Position numbers and translations under genes: made by a program. The notes below the pieces were generated by a model. The model searched no databases. It was not told where the DNA came from and was given only the letters and a program-made list of their open reading frames with translations. Source: a virus (taxonomy: Duplodnaviria > Caudoviricetes). Taken from it: a stretch of 53,552 nucleotides of DNA. Below are positions 9,173 through 17,875 of the stretch, piece by piece. Where the stretch lies: the IMG/VR virus record IMGVR_UViG_3300046656_000217, positions 1 through 53,552 of that record. The stretch is one strand, 5' to 3'. The stretch's first letter is position 1, and each line of letters opens with the position of its first letter.

Positions 9173-10441
9173 CTATTCGAACGACGTCCGGAAGTCTTCA
9201 CGGCTCACCACCTGTTCGTGCTCGCCGACCGAGACCTTGATGGGCTCGGTGCCGTTGAGCATGGCCGCGGTGTAGATGTCGACGAACCACTTCGGCATCG
9301 GCCGGGCATTCTTCGGGGCCCCGATCATCGCATTCGCCAAGGCCGGGTCGGACAGGTAAGGATTCGGCCGCGGGTCGTACCCGACGGGGACGCCGCTCAT
9401 GTGCTTTACGGCGTCCGGCGAGTTGTCCCAATACTCCTCCTTCGCCATCTGGATCGCGGCCAGGCTCACCCCGCAGATTATGCACCGGCCGTACTCGATC
9501 CGGTGGCCCGGACACTTCAAGGGGACCGGGGGCGTCGCCCGCAACGAATCCTCGGCCGACTGGATCCGCGACTCCTCCAAATGGACCTGCCGGCCATTTT
9601 GGTGTGCCAGGTAGACGCCGTCGCCGAGCGGCTTGACGATCTCGTAGACCATGTTCGGCGGGTACCCGGTCACCAAGTCCCCCTGCTTGAACTTGTCCTT
9701 CGGCTTGTCGGCCTTCCTGACGATTTCGAGGATGCCCACTTCGTTGACGTACCGCTCGCCGTTCGGGCCCTCCAAGGCCACCTTGTCGCCGGGCAAGATC
9801 TCCCGGACCGGCCAATACGCCGCGTCGTTCCTCGATCCTTTGGCCCGGACCCAATCCCCTACCTCAATAGAAGGGAGGGCCTTCGACTCGTTCGACCAGA
9901 GCGTCGTCGGCTCGACCTTGTCGAACTCGGAGATCGGGCCGTCGACCGTGTTGCCCGACGTGCTCATCGCCTTCACCCATTGGTTGTCGAAGCTCATATC
10001 GATCACTCGGTAATCGACGCCCGGCACGCCCGAGCGACGCGGCCGGACCATGTCCCCTACCCCAATAGAAGGGAGCGGCGTGTCGACCTTCTCGAAGCGG
10101 TCGGGCGGACCGCTGGCCCTCCCGCCGTGCTCGGTCACCGCCGAGATCAAAGCGTCGCCGACGTCCGTTACCCGGTACGCGATTCTCGACCCCCGCGGCC
10201 GGACCAAGTCCCCCCGGCGAAATTCCGGTTTGCTCTCACTTTGAGAGCAAAATGCCCCTTGGTTTTCCGTCGGTTTTGACGGTGACACCGGACCGTCAAC
10301 GGGCGTCACCCACTCCTCGTTGAACAGGTGCAACCGGCCGTCGTCCGTCGACACGACCACGACGTCGTCGTACCAGACGTGGGCCTTCCCTCGACCCGCC
10401 GGGGTCATGACCTCAACCGGCGGTTTCGGCATCACCATCAT
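9173..10441 (-). CDS. Protein with tandem SH3/KOW-like repeats
   Basis: Four modules (FRRGDLVRP, IGVGDMVRP, IEVGDWVRA, FKQGDLVTG) with DNA-level repeats. Confidence 0.65.
   Translation of the reverse strand: MMVMPKPPVEVMTPAGRGKAHVWYDDVVVVSTDDGRLHLFNEEWVTPVDGPVSPSKPTENQGAFCSQSESKPEFRRGDLVRPRGSRIAYRVTDVGDALISAVTEHGGRASGPPDRFEKVDTPLPSIGVGDMVRPRRSGVPGVDYRVIDMSFDNQWVKAMSTSGNTVDGPISEFDKVEPTTLWSNESKALPSIEVGDWVRAKGSRNDAAYWPVREILPGDKVALEGPNGERYVNEVGILEIVRKADKPKDKFKQGDLVTGYPPNMVYEIVKPLGDGVYLAHQNGRQVHLEESRIQSAEDSLRATPPVPLKCPGHRIEYGRCIICGVSLAAIQMAKEEYWDNSPDAVKHMSGVPVGYDPRPNPYLSDPALANAMIGAPKNARPMPKWFVDIYTAAMLNGTEPIKVSVGEHEQVVSREDFRTSFE
10230..10250. promoter_or_regulatory. Palindromic site 2, TTGCTCTCA-CTT-TGAGAGCAA
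   Basis: Perfect 9-3-9 inverted repeat, inside a CDS. Confidence 0.75.
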
Positions 10442-10967
10442 GGGCTTCTCCTCGTTGATAAGGTCGGAACGGGTTTCTCATCCACCACAAGATCGCCGGG
10501 TCGTAGAACCCGGACTCTTCGAGCACGTCCGCCGCCGGACCGAGACCCGCCAGGTCACCCTCGGCAAGCCCGGCCAGGATCTCCTCGAACGCGGGCGGCG
10601 GCGAGCCCCCGCGGTTCGATACCCCCCACACGATCGCGTCCCGCAGATCGCCGAAGGCCCAGCGGTCCACCGGCTTCGGACGCGGCCTGCCCGCGTACGG
10701 AACGTCCTCGTACAAGCCCCACCCGATCGAGACCAAGCCCCGAGCCAGGGCCCGACGCTCCTCGATCGTCGCGATCCGCTTGAAGCCTTCCAGCATAGCC
10801 CGCTCCAACCGCAACCGAGATGCCGTCCACTCGGCGTACTCCCGGTAACGGGCACCCGCCAACTCACGAAACGTCTTGGAAATCAAGGCGTTCAACGAGT
10901 CGGACGATTCCGGCTCGACGGGCAAAATCGGGCTTTCGGGCTCAGATGTGTTCGCTTTCGACAACAC
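10413..10967 (-). CDS. Hypothetical protein with Gemmata-type 'ADxLEExG...IL' C-terminal motif (start uncertain)
   Basis: 'GDLAGLGPAADVLEESGFYDPAILWWMR' resembles the 'PILADALxxAG' family expanded in Gemmataceae. Confidence 0.5.
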   Translation of the reverse strand: MLSKANTSEPESPILPVEPESSDSLNALISKTFRELAGARYREYAEWTASRLRLERAMLEGFKRIATIEERRALARGLVSIGWGLYEDVPYAGRPRPKPVDRWAFGDLRDAIVWGVSNRGGSPPPAFEEILAGLAEGDLAGLGPAADVLEESGFYDPAILWWMRNPFRPYQRGEAHDGDAETAG

Positions 10968-11304
10968 TGCACCGTTGGCGCGGTTTCGACAGGTTAACAC
11001 CTTCAGGTCCGGCAGCAAGCGGAAAAGCCGACCCCCTGCAAAACCGATGTTTTTCCCTGAATTACGACGATCGGGGCACCGGCGACCACCCTGGGACCGG
11101 CCCGACAAGACGCTCGACGCACGGGCTTCCAGGCTCTCATCCGATGGGACGCGGGCCTTCAAAAAGGGGGAAGAAGGCAGGTGAATCAAATGCGGGCGCG
11201 CCGGGGGGCCGGGCCGGGCCGGGTCTGGTCCCTGCCCATTTCCCCCTTGGTTTCCTAGTGCTTTCCCCCCTGTCTGACTGCGAGCGTAGGACGCAAGGCG
11301 CAAC

Positions 11305-11640
11305 TTGCCCCGAGCCCCATCGGGTGCAGGTGCCGCGGGGCTTGTCCCTCATGGGAGGGGGAGTTCATCGGCTCGGGCGGGCTCGGGCTCGGGTGGCGAC
11401 GGGTGAAGGTGCTCGGCTCGGGTGCTGTTGTCCTGTCTACTCTGGGTATCGGGTGTCATCTTGTCCGGTTTCCCTGTCGTTCCGGGCTCGGGAGGGTGTT
11501 AAGCCTGGTTAACAAAGCGCGACTGACATTGTGTTAAGCCTGGTTAGCGCGGATTGTGAGAACGGGAAAGATTGTCCGGGGAATTGCGGGAGGGTGCTCG
11601 GGTGGGAATTACCGGGGAATGCGGTTCGCTGTCTGGTCAA
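11305..11640. promoter_or_regulatory. Divergent control region / possible genome-end or origin region with GCTCGG repeats and a 16-bp direct repeat
   Basis: Strand switch point; GTGTTAAGCCTGGTTA at 11496-11511 and 11531-11546; clustered GCTCGG. Confidence 0.55.
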
Positions 11641-11671
11641 TTCCCACAATCCCATTTTCCAAGGTGCTGAG

Positions 11672-12028
11672 ATGACAACGCAAGAGAACGAACAACGGAT
11701 TAATGAGGCAGTTTCCGAGCATGCGCGATTGAAAGCGGACCGGGCTCGGGAAGTGAACTTGGCTCGGGAGTTTTCCAAGGTGCTCCGGGAATGGCTGACA
11801 CCCTCTCAGATGGCGGAAGTGATTCGGCGAAACGCTACTCCCGAGTATGCCGACGGGTTGTGCTGCGCGTCCCACGATTTTTGTGATGCGAATATGGCGA
11901 TGGACGCGGCGCTACGGGTTAACTATGCCGACCGGATGACTGGCGATTGGGTGACTGAAGACGACGAACTACGGGGATTGTGGAATTCCGCTTGGGATAT
12001 TGCCAAGTCTAACGGGTTCACGGTCTGA
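11672..12028 (+). CDS. Early hypothetical protein
   Basis: Start re-called at MTTQEN behind AAGGTG; 'CASHDFCDANMAM' motif. Confidence 0.6.
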   Translation: MTTQENEQRINEAVSEHARLKADRAREVNLAREFSKVLREWLTPSQMAEVIRRNATPEYADGLCCASHDFCDANMAMDAALRVNYADRMTGDWVTEDDELRGLWNSAWDIAKSNGFTV

Positions 12029-12120
12029 CCCGGCCCGTCCTAGTTTCCCCGGTGCTATCGGCCGGGGAATTGTTGGGACGTGCCGATTTCCGGCCCGTTA
12101 ACTCTTGTGAGGGTCTGACG

Positions 12121-13506
12121 ATGAACTTTGCCGATTTAGTTGCAAGCGCTCCGCGGATTACCTTGGATGGGCGCCCCGTTGTGGTTTCCGAGAATCACGA
12201 CATGTCGTCGATTAACTGGGTCGCGGGATTATCCGACCCCGGGGAAATGATCGCTTGCGGCGCCTACCAAGAATTGCGCCGTTTGACGGGTGAGAACGAC
12301 GGGGATTATGCCAAGCGCCTTGTTCCCCTGATTGCTTCCCTCCCACCCGAGCACCGGGAACGGATAACCCGGGCCGGAATCGAGAGCGCGACAAAACGGG
12401 CGGGTCTCAGCATGACGAACGGGCGGGTCGCGGTTATGACTAGCGGGAATATCTCCCCCTGGCATGCGCTCGGAACGCACTTCTCGGGTCCGGTTTCCGG
12501 GGATATGGTCCTAGTTCCTTCCGGTACCAATTTCGACGTTGCCAAGCGGGAATTGGCCTACGAATTCCAAGGGAAGACAATCGCTTCCAAGTGTGCGTGG
12601 TCAATCGTCCGGACCGATACCGGGTTAGAACTCGGTTCGGTCGGGTCGAAATACAAGGTAGTCCAGAATCGGGAAGTGGTCGCGCTTGCCGATTCAATCG
12701 TCGGGGAATTCGGGGCTCGGTTTGAGACCGCGGGCGCCTTAGATGACGGGGCTCGGGTTTGGTATCAAATTGCCTTACCTAAACAGTCGTTCGCGCTGTT
12801 TGGTGGGAAGGTGCGAAATGAGGCAAGCGCCTTGTTTTCGTCATCTCATGACGGATCGGGAGCGCTGCTAGTCGTGCCGACAAGCGAAAACGTGGTTTGC
12901 AAAAATACCCATCGAATCGCGCTGAATAAGGCGCGCGGGAAAGGGATTGCAATCCGCCATACGGGAGACCCCCGAGCGAAAATCGAGGAATGCCGAAAGG
13001 CGCTCGGTTTGGTTGTGAAAGGTGCTGAAGTCTACGCGCAAACCGCCGACGCGCTTTCCCGGGCTCGGCTCGGAAATGAGCGCGTCTACTTCGGGTCGAT
13101 TTTGGATGAGGTTTTAACCGCGACGGAAGCGCAATTGGCCACGGGCCGGGAAGTGTGGGCTCGGTCCGATTCCGACGCGCTTGCGGGTATCATCGGCTCG
13201 GAACAGTCGAAGTATTTGGAGAAGCGCCGGGAAGAATTCGACGGTTTGGTAGAACTCAGGACGACGCTATTGGATGACATGTTGAACCGGTTTAACAGTG
13301 AAAACTGTGGCGCCGGTGGGATGCGGGGAAGCGCGTTTTCTGGGTATATGGCTGTCACGGAAAGCGCCGACCACGGTTTGCTCGGCGGACGACGACAGGG
13401 AAGCGAACGCAAGCGCGAGGAAACGCGGTTTGATTCTGTCACGGTCGGGAAGGCAGACGACATAAAGCAAATTGCTTTCCGGAACGCTAAGACCCTTTCG
13501 GCGTAG
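12121..13506 (+). CDS. DUF932 (TIGR03299-like) phage/plasmid protein
   Basis: 'PWHALG', 'VRTDT..LGSVGSKYKVVQN', 'FETAG.L..G..VW', 'SHDGS', 'VVCKNT', 'IRHTG' motifs; ATG follows conserved leader. Confidence 0.8.
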   Translation: MNFADLVASAPRITLDGRPVVVSENHDMSSINWVAGLSDPGEMIACGAYQELRRLTGENDGDYAKRLVPLIASLPPEHRERITRAGIESATKRAGLSMTNGRVAVMTSGNISPWHALGTHFSGPVSGDMVLVPSGTNFDVAKRELAYEFQGKTIASKCAWSIVRTDTGLELGSVGSKYKVVQNREVVALADSIVGEFGARFETAGALDDGARVWYQIALPKQSFALFGGKVRNEASALFSSSHDGSGALLVVPTSENVVCKNTHRIALNKARGKGIAIRHTGDPRAKIEECRKALGLVVKGAEVYAQTADALSRARLGNERVYFGSILDEVLTATEAQLATGREVWARSDSDALAGIIGSEQSKYLEKRREEFDGLVELRTTLLDDMLNRFNSENCGAGGMRGSAFSGYMAVTESADHGLLGGRRQGSERKREETRFDSVTVGKADDIKQIAFRNAKTLSA

Positions 13507-13770
13507 TTCACCCGAGCCCGAGTTAACCCGAGCACCCGCGGATTTCCCGCGGGTGCTTTCTTTTGCGCTCGAGTGCTCGGGCATTCCCCGGGCTCGGTAA
13601 GGTGCTCGGCAATCGCCCGGGAACCGAGCCGAGCCCGAGCCCGGCGGGTGCTCGGCATTCCGTCGGCTCGGAATGCGAGCCCGAGCCCGAGCCCGGGAAA
13701 TGCGGTTTAATGCGCTCGGGTGCTCTCCGGGAATTCCCGCGGGTGCTCGGGTGCTCGGGTCGATTCCCCT
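13507..13770. repeat. Dense cluster of CCGAGC/GCTCGG hexamers in both orientations
   Basis: More than a dozen copies visible in ~260 bp of non-coding DNA. Confidence 0.75.
13531..13564 (+). terminator. Intrinsic terminator after DUF932 gene
   Basis: AGCACCCGCGG/CCGCGGGTGCT stem followed by TTCTTTT. Confidence 0.7.
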
Positions 13771-13804
13771 GGTCAACCGCCGGTGTGTGTCGGCCGGAGA
13801 TGAA

Positions 13805-13820
13805 CGGCGCGGCGGTTGCT
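13805..13820 (+). promoter_or_regulatory. Sigma54-type -24/-12 promoter
   Basis: CGGCGCG-GCGG-TTGCT matches GG-N10-GC spacing and TTGC element. Confidence 0.55.
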
Positions 13821-13858
13821 TTACGTCGGCCGGGTCTATTTCCTCATGAGGGTCTGAC

Positions 13859-14074
13859 ATGACGACGGAAGCAAGCAAGCCGCGCGGTGAATTCGACCGG
13901 TCAGTCTGGAAGGATTCAGACTTCGCGCTGATCTTCAGCTATTTCCGGGAAACTCGGGAGATATTCAAGAACTGTCCCGAGAGGGCCGGGGAATTCGCGT
14001 CGGTCATGTTGGACGATTGCGAGAGGGCCGGGTCTGCTCTGCTCTGTATCATGCGGGGTTGCGGCGCAGTCTAA
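13859..14074 (+). CDS. Early hypothetical protein
   Basis: ATG directly after TGAGGGTCTGAC leader. Confidence 0.65.
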   Translation: MTTEASKPRGEFDRSVWKDSDFALIFSYFRETREIFKNCPERAGEFASVMLDDCERAGSALLCIMRGCGAV

Positions 14075-14090
14075 CGGCACGTCGGTTGCA
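14075..14090 (+). promoter_or_regulatory. Sigma54-type -24/-12 promoter
   Basis: CGGCACG-TCGG-TTGCA, near consensus TGGCACG-N4-TTGCW. Confidence 0.65.
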
Positions 14091-14148
14091 TCGATGCGAG
14101 CCCGGGGCAATTCCGCCCCGGGCTTTCTTCTTTACTGAGGGTCTGACG

Positions 14149-14421
14149 ATGACGAATCCCATCAATGCTATTGGTGCGATTGACCAATTGACCGGAGAAG
14201 TGGCGCGGCTGTCGTCATTTCTGCGGAATGAGGCGGACGGGATTAAGGACCAGTGGGAAGGACTGAAGCGGTGCGGCGGTGCTCGGGAAGATCATGCGGC
14301 CGAGATTCTGGCCAGACTGCGCATGATCCTGGACGACCTGGCCAAGTTCTGTACTCGCACGTCGGCCGAGATAACGGCCATGAAAGCCGATCCTTTCGAG
14401 CGCAAGCAGGAAGCGGCGTAG
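14149..14421 (+). CDS. Early hypothetical protein
   Basis: Start re-called at MTNPIN after conserved leader. Confidence 0.65.
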   Translation: MTNPINAIGAIDQLTGEVARLSSFLRNEADGIKDQWEGLKRCGGAREDHAAEILARLRMILDDLAKFCTRTSAEITAMKADPFERKQEAA

Positions 14422-14481
14422 GGGATTACTCGGGGCGCCTACTTCGGGCGCCCCGTTCCTTTCTCTCTGAGGGTCTGAACA

Positions 14482-14883
14482 ATGCGGCGAATCTGTACAA
14501 GTTTTGAGACGGTAACGCCGGAGAGTGCGGCCGAAGGTGATTTCTCGGATAGTGGCTGGACCGACAAGGACGGCGAAGAGCTAGACCCGTCGGCCGACGA
14601 TGTGGCCGAGCACGGGACCGAAGAAGCGGCGGCGGTTGTGCTGGCCGTTCGCTTCCTTGAGGACCGGGGATCGGTCGAGCCGTCTAGTTCTCCAACCTGG
14701 CACCCGCGAGTCTGGTACTCGACAACCGATCCGAACATGGACTACGCGACCGGGGCGGAAACTCGCCACTCGTTTCATCTCAAGGGTTATTCAGAGAAAG
14801 AGGAACGGGAGATATACCGGGTGCTGACCCGCCCGCTGGCTGACAAACTACGGGACGCGGGCCGGGCGATCCGCGGAGAGTAA
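14482..14883 (+). CDS. Early hypothetical acidic protein
   Basis: After conserved leader; 'FETVTPESAAEGDFSDSGW'. Confidence 0.65.
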   Translation: MRRICTSFETVTPESAAEGDFSDSGWTDKDGEELDPSADDVAEHGTEEAAAVVLAVRFLEDRGSVEPSSSPTWHPRVWYSTTDPNMDYATGAETRHSFHLKGYSEKEEREIYRVLTRPLADKLRDAGRAIRGE

Positions 14884-14884
14884 G

Positions 14885-14900
14885 CGGCACGTCTCTTGCT
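14885..14900 (+). promoter_or_regulatory. Sigma54-type -24/-12 promoter
   Basis: CGGCACG-TCTC-TTGCT. Confidence 0.65.
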
Positions 14901-14947
14901 TCACACAAGCGCCCCAATCCGGGGCGCTTTCCTTTTGAGGGTCTGAC

Positions 14948-15655
14948 ATGATGGAACGACTGATCGACAGGCTACGGCCGAAATCCTGGGAGGAAGTAAT
15001 TGGTCAACCGAAAGCGGTGGCCGCTTGCCGGGGATTCGCACGGGCCGGCGTCGGTGGCCGCGCGTTCTGGATTACGGGCAAGACGGGGACCGGTAAGACG
15101 TCCCTGGCTATGTTGCTGGCCGGGGAGTTGGCCGACCCCCTCTGCATCGAGAGCATGACCGGCCGGAGTTTGACGGGGCCGGGGGTCAAGGCGCTGGCTG
15201 CTCATTCGAGGTATATGGGTGTCGGCGTGAAGACGGGCCGCGTATTCGTGGTGAATGAGGCGCAAGGGTTGAAGCGGGAAGCCATTGAAGAGCTACTAGA
15301 AACCCTGGACACGGGGGAGATTCCCCGACATGTGTGCTGGATATTCACGACGACGATTGACGGGCAGGAAAGGCTATTTGACGAATCGATAGACGCTCAC
15401 CCGCTCTTGTCCCGGTGCTCGGTTATCCCTCTCACGTCTCAGGGGTTAGCTAAGCCGTTCGCGTCCTACTTGGAAACGGTCGATCCCCTCGGCCCTCGGC
15501 CGGCGAAGTTCTACGCTCGGTTGATTGAGGACTGCCGCAACAATCTGCGGGAAGCAATTTCGTGGTTAGAGAACGACGCATTGACCGCGGCGGGTGCCGA
15601 GCCGGCGATACCCGAAGTTAACAAAGCGCAAGCTGACACTGTTACTGCTTCTTAA
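14948..15655 (+). CDS. AAA+ ATPase of the clamp-loader/RarA clade
   Basis: 'LRPKSWEEVIGQ', Walker A GKTGTGKT, Walker B variant VVNEAQ, 'LLSRC' motif. Confidence 0.8.
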   Translation: MMERLIDRLRPKSWEEVIGQPKAVAACRGFARAGVGGRAFWITGKTGTGKTSLAMLLAGELADPLCIESMTGRSLTGPGVKALAAHSRYMGVGVKTGRVFVVNEAQGLKREAIEELLETLDTGEIPRHVCWIFTTTIDGQERLFDESIDAHPLLSRCSVIPLTSQGLAKPFASYLETVDPLGPRPAKFYARLIEDCRNNLREAISWLENDALTAAGAEPAIPEVNKAQADTVTAS

Positions 15656-15685
15656 CACTAACCATTAAATCCGTGAGGGTCTGCA

Positions 15686-15898
15686 ATGCTTCAGTTCAAG
15701 GACATTCACCTAGACCGGCGAATTAAGAAGCGGGCGGTCATGTCCGCCTCTCCGGTGCTGAAGGACGGGACGGCTTACGTTAAGTTACCTGACCAGCCGG
15801 GGGTTGTATTTGAGTTTGAGATGAAGGGTTCCAAGTGGCGGTGTGTCGGCATGGGCCGTGCGGACCACTCGGCTTACCGTGGGCTATTTCCTGGATAG
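15686..15898 (+). CDS. Early hypothetical protein
   Basis: After leader variant TGAGGGTCTGCA. Confidence 0.6.
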   Translation: MLQFKDIHLDRRIKKRAVMSASPVLKDGTAYVKLPDQPGVVFEFEMKGSKWRCVGMGRADHSAYRGLFPG

Positions 15899-15983
15899 GT
15901 GCGACGCGCGGAAACCGGCCCGGGTTTGGCCCTGGCCGGATTCCCTGCGCCGGCCGGTGCGGGATTCCTCAAGAGGGTCTGAC

Positions 15984-16838
15984 ATGAGCGCGGTTAAGAC
16001 GTTGCCGGTGCGACTGCACCACTACCGTACCTTTGTGGACGAGCCGGCGTACGCTGCCGTCCTGGCCGAGATTAAGGCGAACGAAGTACCTGGCCGCGGG
16101 CATCCGATGCACGCGATTGCTGACCCGAAGAATAACGCCGACCGGGTTCACAACCACGGCGACGTCGAGGAGATCGAGATCGAGTTAGATCACCTGTTCG
16201 GGAACCAGTTAAACACGACCGACGGGCGGCGAGTGTTCGATTGGTGGGAAGGAATCGTCTACGTCAACGGTCATCGTGGCCGAAGCCGGTGCGGTCATTG
16301 GGTCGAGGTCACGCCGGAACTCGCAGAAGCCCGGATGGATTGCTGGAAGTGCGGGTATTGCGGGGAACGCTACGGGCCGAACCACAAGCCGCTACCCGGT
16401 GGGGGATTCTGCCTTGCTTGCATCGGTTCGCCGTACCTGAAGACGGAAGACATGTACCTGTTGCGATTGCTGCCCGTCATCGAGCCCGAGCCGAAGCGGG
16501 AACCGTTGACCGATGACGAGAAGGCCGCATTGATGCCGGTCTATCTGGACAAGCAGACGAAGCGGACCGAGCAAGAGGCGGTCAAGCTGCGGGTGAAGAT
16601 TCTTGACGAGTATTCGACGGCGATTCAGAAGGCAACGACCGAGCGGGATGGGATGATCTGGCTGTTGGATCACGGGTACAACGCGGATAACGTCATCTAC
16701 TACAACCATACCGGCCGGTTCGGGTTCGGCTGGCGGTCGAAACTCTCGGCCGAAGTGAAGGATAAATTGCTGGATTTGCTCTGTGAATTCCAGTTCCCGT
16801 ACACGATCGAATGGACGGGAGGGAAGATCGAAAGCTAA
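15984..16838 (+). CDS. Early hypothetical protein with CxxC motifs
   Basis: Start re-called at MSAVKT after AGAGGGTCTGAC. Confidence 0.65.
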   Translation: MSAVKTLPVRLHHYRTFVDEPAYAAVLAEIKANEVPGRGHPMHAIADPKNNADRVHNHGDVEEIEIELDHLFGNQLNTTDGRRVFDWWEGIVYVNGHRGRSRCGHWVEVTPELAEARMDCWKCGYCGERYGPNHKPLPGGGFCLACIGSPYLKTEDMYLLRLLPVIEPEPKREPLTDDEKAALMPVYLDKQTKRTEQEAVKLRVKILDEYSTAIQKATTERDGMIWLLDHGYNADNVIYYNHTGRFGFGWRSKLSAEVKDKLLDLLCEFQFPYTIEWTGGKIES

Positions 16839-16927
16839 GGGGTGCGACCATCCCGCCCGGCCCGGCTTGTTCCGGGCCGGGTAGGACGGCCGGCTTTTCG
16901 GTTGTCTATCCTCTTGAGGGTCTGACG

Positions 16928-17668
16928 ATGCCGGAACCAACTGCGCACCTGCACAAGTACAAGTGTGACGAGTGCGGCGACGAGTGGGAAACGACCAGTG
17001 AGTACGACGACGATGCCGAGTGTGGCGAGTGCGGCCATGCTCAGGAGTGTACGGAAGAGTCGATTCCGTTGTACGCCGAAGAGCCGGCGGCAATCGCGGC
17101 GCTGCGGGCGTTATTCGAGCATTGCGCGATGACGCACAAGCATTGGGGCGACGGCTGCAACCGGAAAGAGGCTAACGCCGCGGAGAAAGCCGGCCGGGAT
17201 GCGCTGGCCGCATGGGATGCGGGAAAGGCGGTGGCCGAGCCCAAGCCGGTCGGTGTTCGATGCGCCGGGTGCGACGAAGTTCGGCCGGTGTTTACCTGGG
17301 TGCCGGGTAGCGACGGGTACGAACACTTCCCGGCGTGCTCGGCCGAGTGCGAAGCGGCGCTGAAGGCTGCCGGCGATCCGGACGACGAAGATGACAAGCC
17401 CTACGCGGATTCTCTCTCTGGCCCTGTTACGGCATTTCACCGGTCGTTAGGCCGCGCCATGGTCTGCGAGCCGATCCCCGACGATTACCCCGTCCGACCG
17501 CTGGACGTGGACGAGCCGGCGAAGGATCGCAAGACCTGCGGATATTGCGGCTGGTCGTGGGATGACGCGATTGTCACCGGCATGACACCGGCGCCGGGTG
17601 CCCGGTGTCCGTTCGAGTCGTTCCACCGGCCCGAGATGGTTGAGGCGGGGAAGGCGGTGCGGTCGTGA
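16928..17668 (+). CDS. Multi-zinc-finger hypothetical protein
   Basis: Start re-called at MPEPTA after leader; several CxxC pairs. Confidence 0.65.
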   Translation: MPEPTAHLHKYKCDECGDEWETTSEYDDDAECGECGHAQECTEESIPLYAEEPAAIAALRALFEHCAMTHKHWGDGCNRKEANAAEKAGRDALAAWDAGKAVAEPKPVGVRCAGCDEVRPVFTWVPGSDGYEHFPACSAECEAALKAAGDPDDEDDKPYADSLSGPVTAFHRSLGRAMVCEPIPDDYPVRPLDVDEPAKDRKTCGYCGWSWDDAIVTGMTPAPGARCPFESFHRPEMVEAGKAVRS

Positions 17669-17865
17669 AACGCGCCATCACAATCCCGACCGTCCTTTAC
17701 CGTCGGCTGATCTGGGTATCCCAGCAAGCCCGCGATACGCTCGACAACCTACAAGATGTTGGGTTGGACAGGAACGAAACGACTGGCAAGGAATTTGAGG
17801 ACTGCCGTAAATTGAGGAAGGCACTCGAAGCCTTGGACAAAGTCCGTAACGCGAAAGCGGTCTGA
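17665..17865 (+). CDS. Hypothetical protein
   Basis: GTGA coupling to upstream gene. Confidence 0.5.
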   Translation: MKRAITIPTVLYRRLIWVSQQARDTLDNLQDVGLDRNETTGKEFEDCRKLRKALEALDKVRNAKAV

Positions 17866-17875
17866 TACTCGTAAA

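Noticed and set aside
13507-13770. Hexamer cluster as a mini-CRISPR array or coding region
   Set aside because: No regular repeat-spacer period; overlapping ORFs are low-complexity products of the repeats.
14100-14133. Hairpin plus T-rich tract read as a simple intrinsic terminator
   Set aside because: T-tract is interrupted and the hairpin begins at the predicted sigma54 start site, so a 5' leader structure is at least as likely; not called as a terminator.
14948-15655. AAA+ ATPase as the sigma54 enhancer-binding activator
   Set aside because: No GAFTGA loop; RPK...GQ and SRC motifs place it in the clamp-loader/RarA clade.
12108-16927. Repeated leader motif as CRISPR repeats or integron attC sites
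   Set aside because: Repeat is only about 12 nt, separated by whole genes, with no cas or tyrosine integron integrase and no attC RYYYAAC/GTTRRRY ends.
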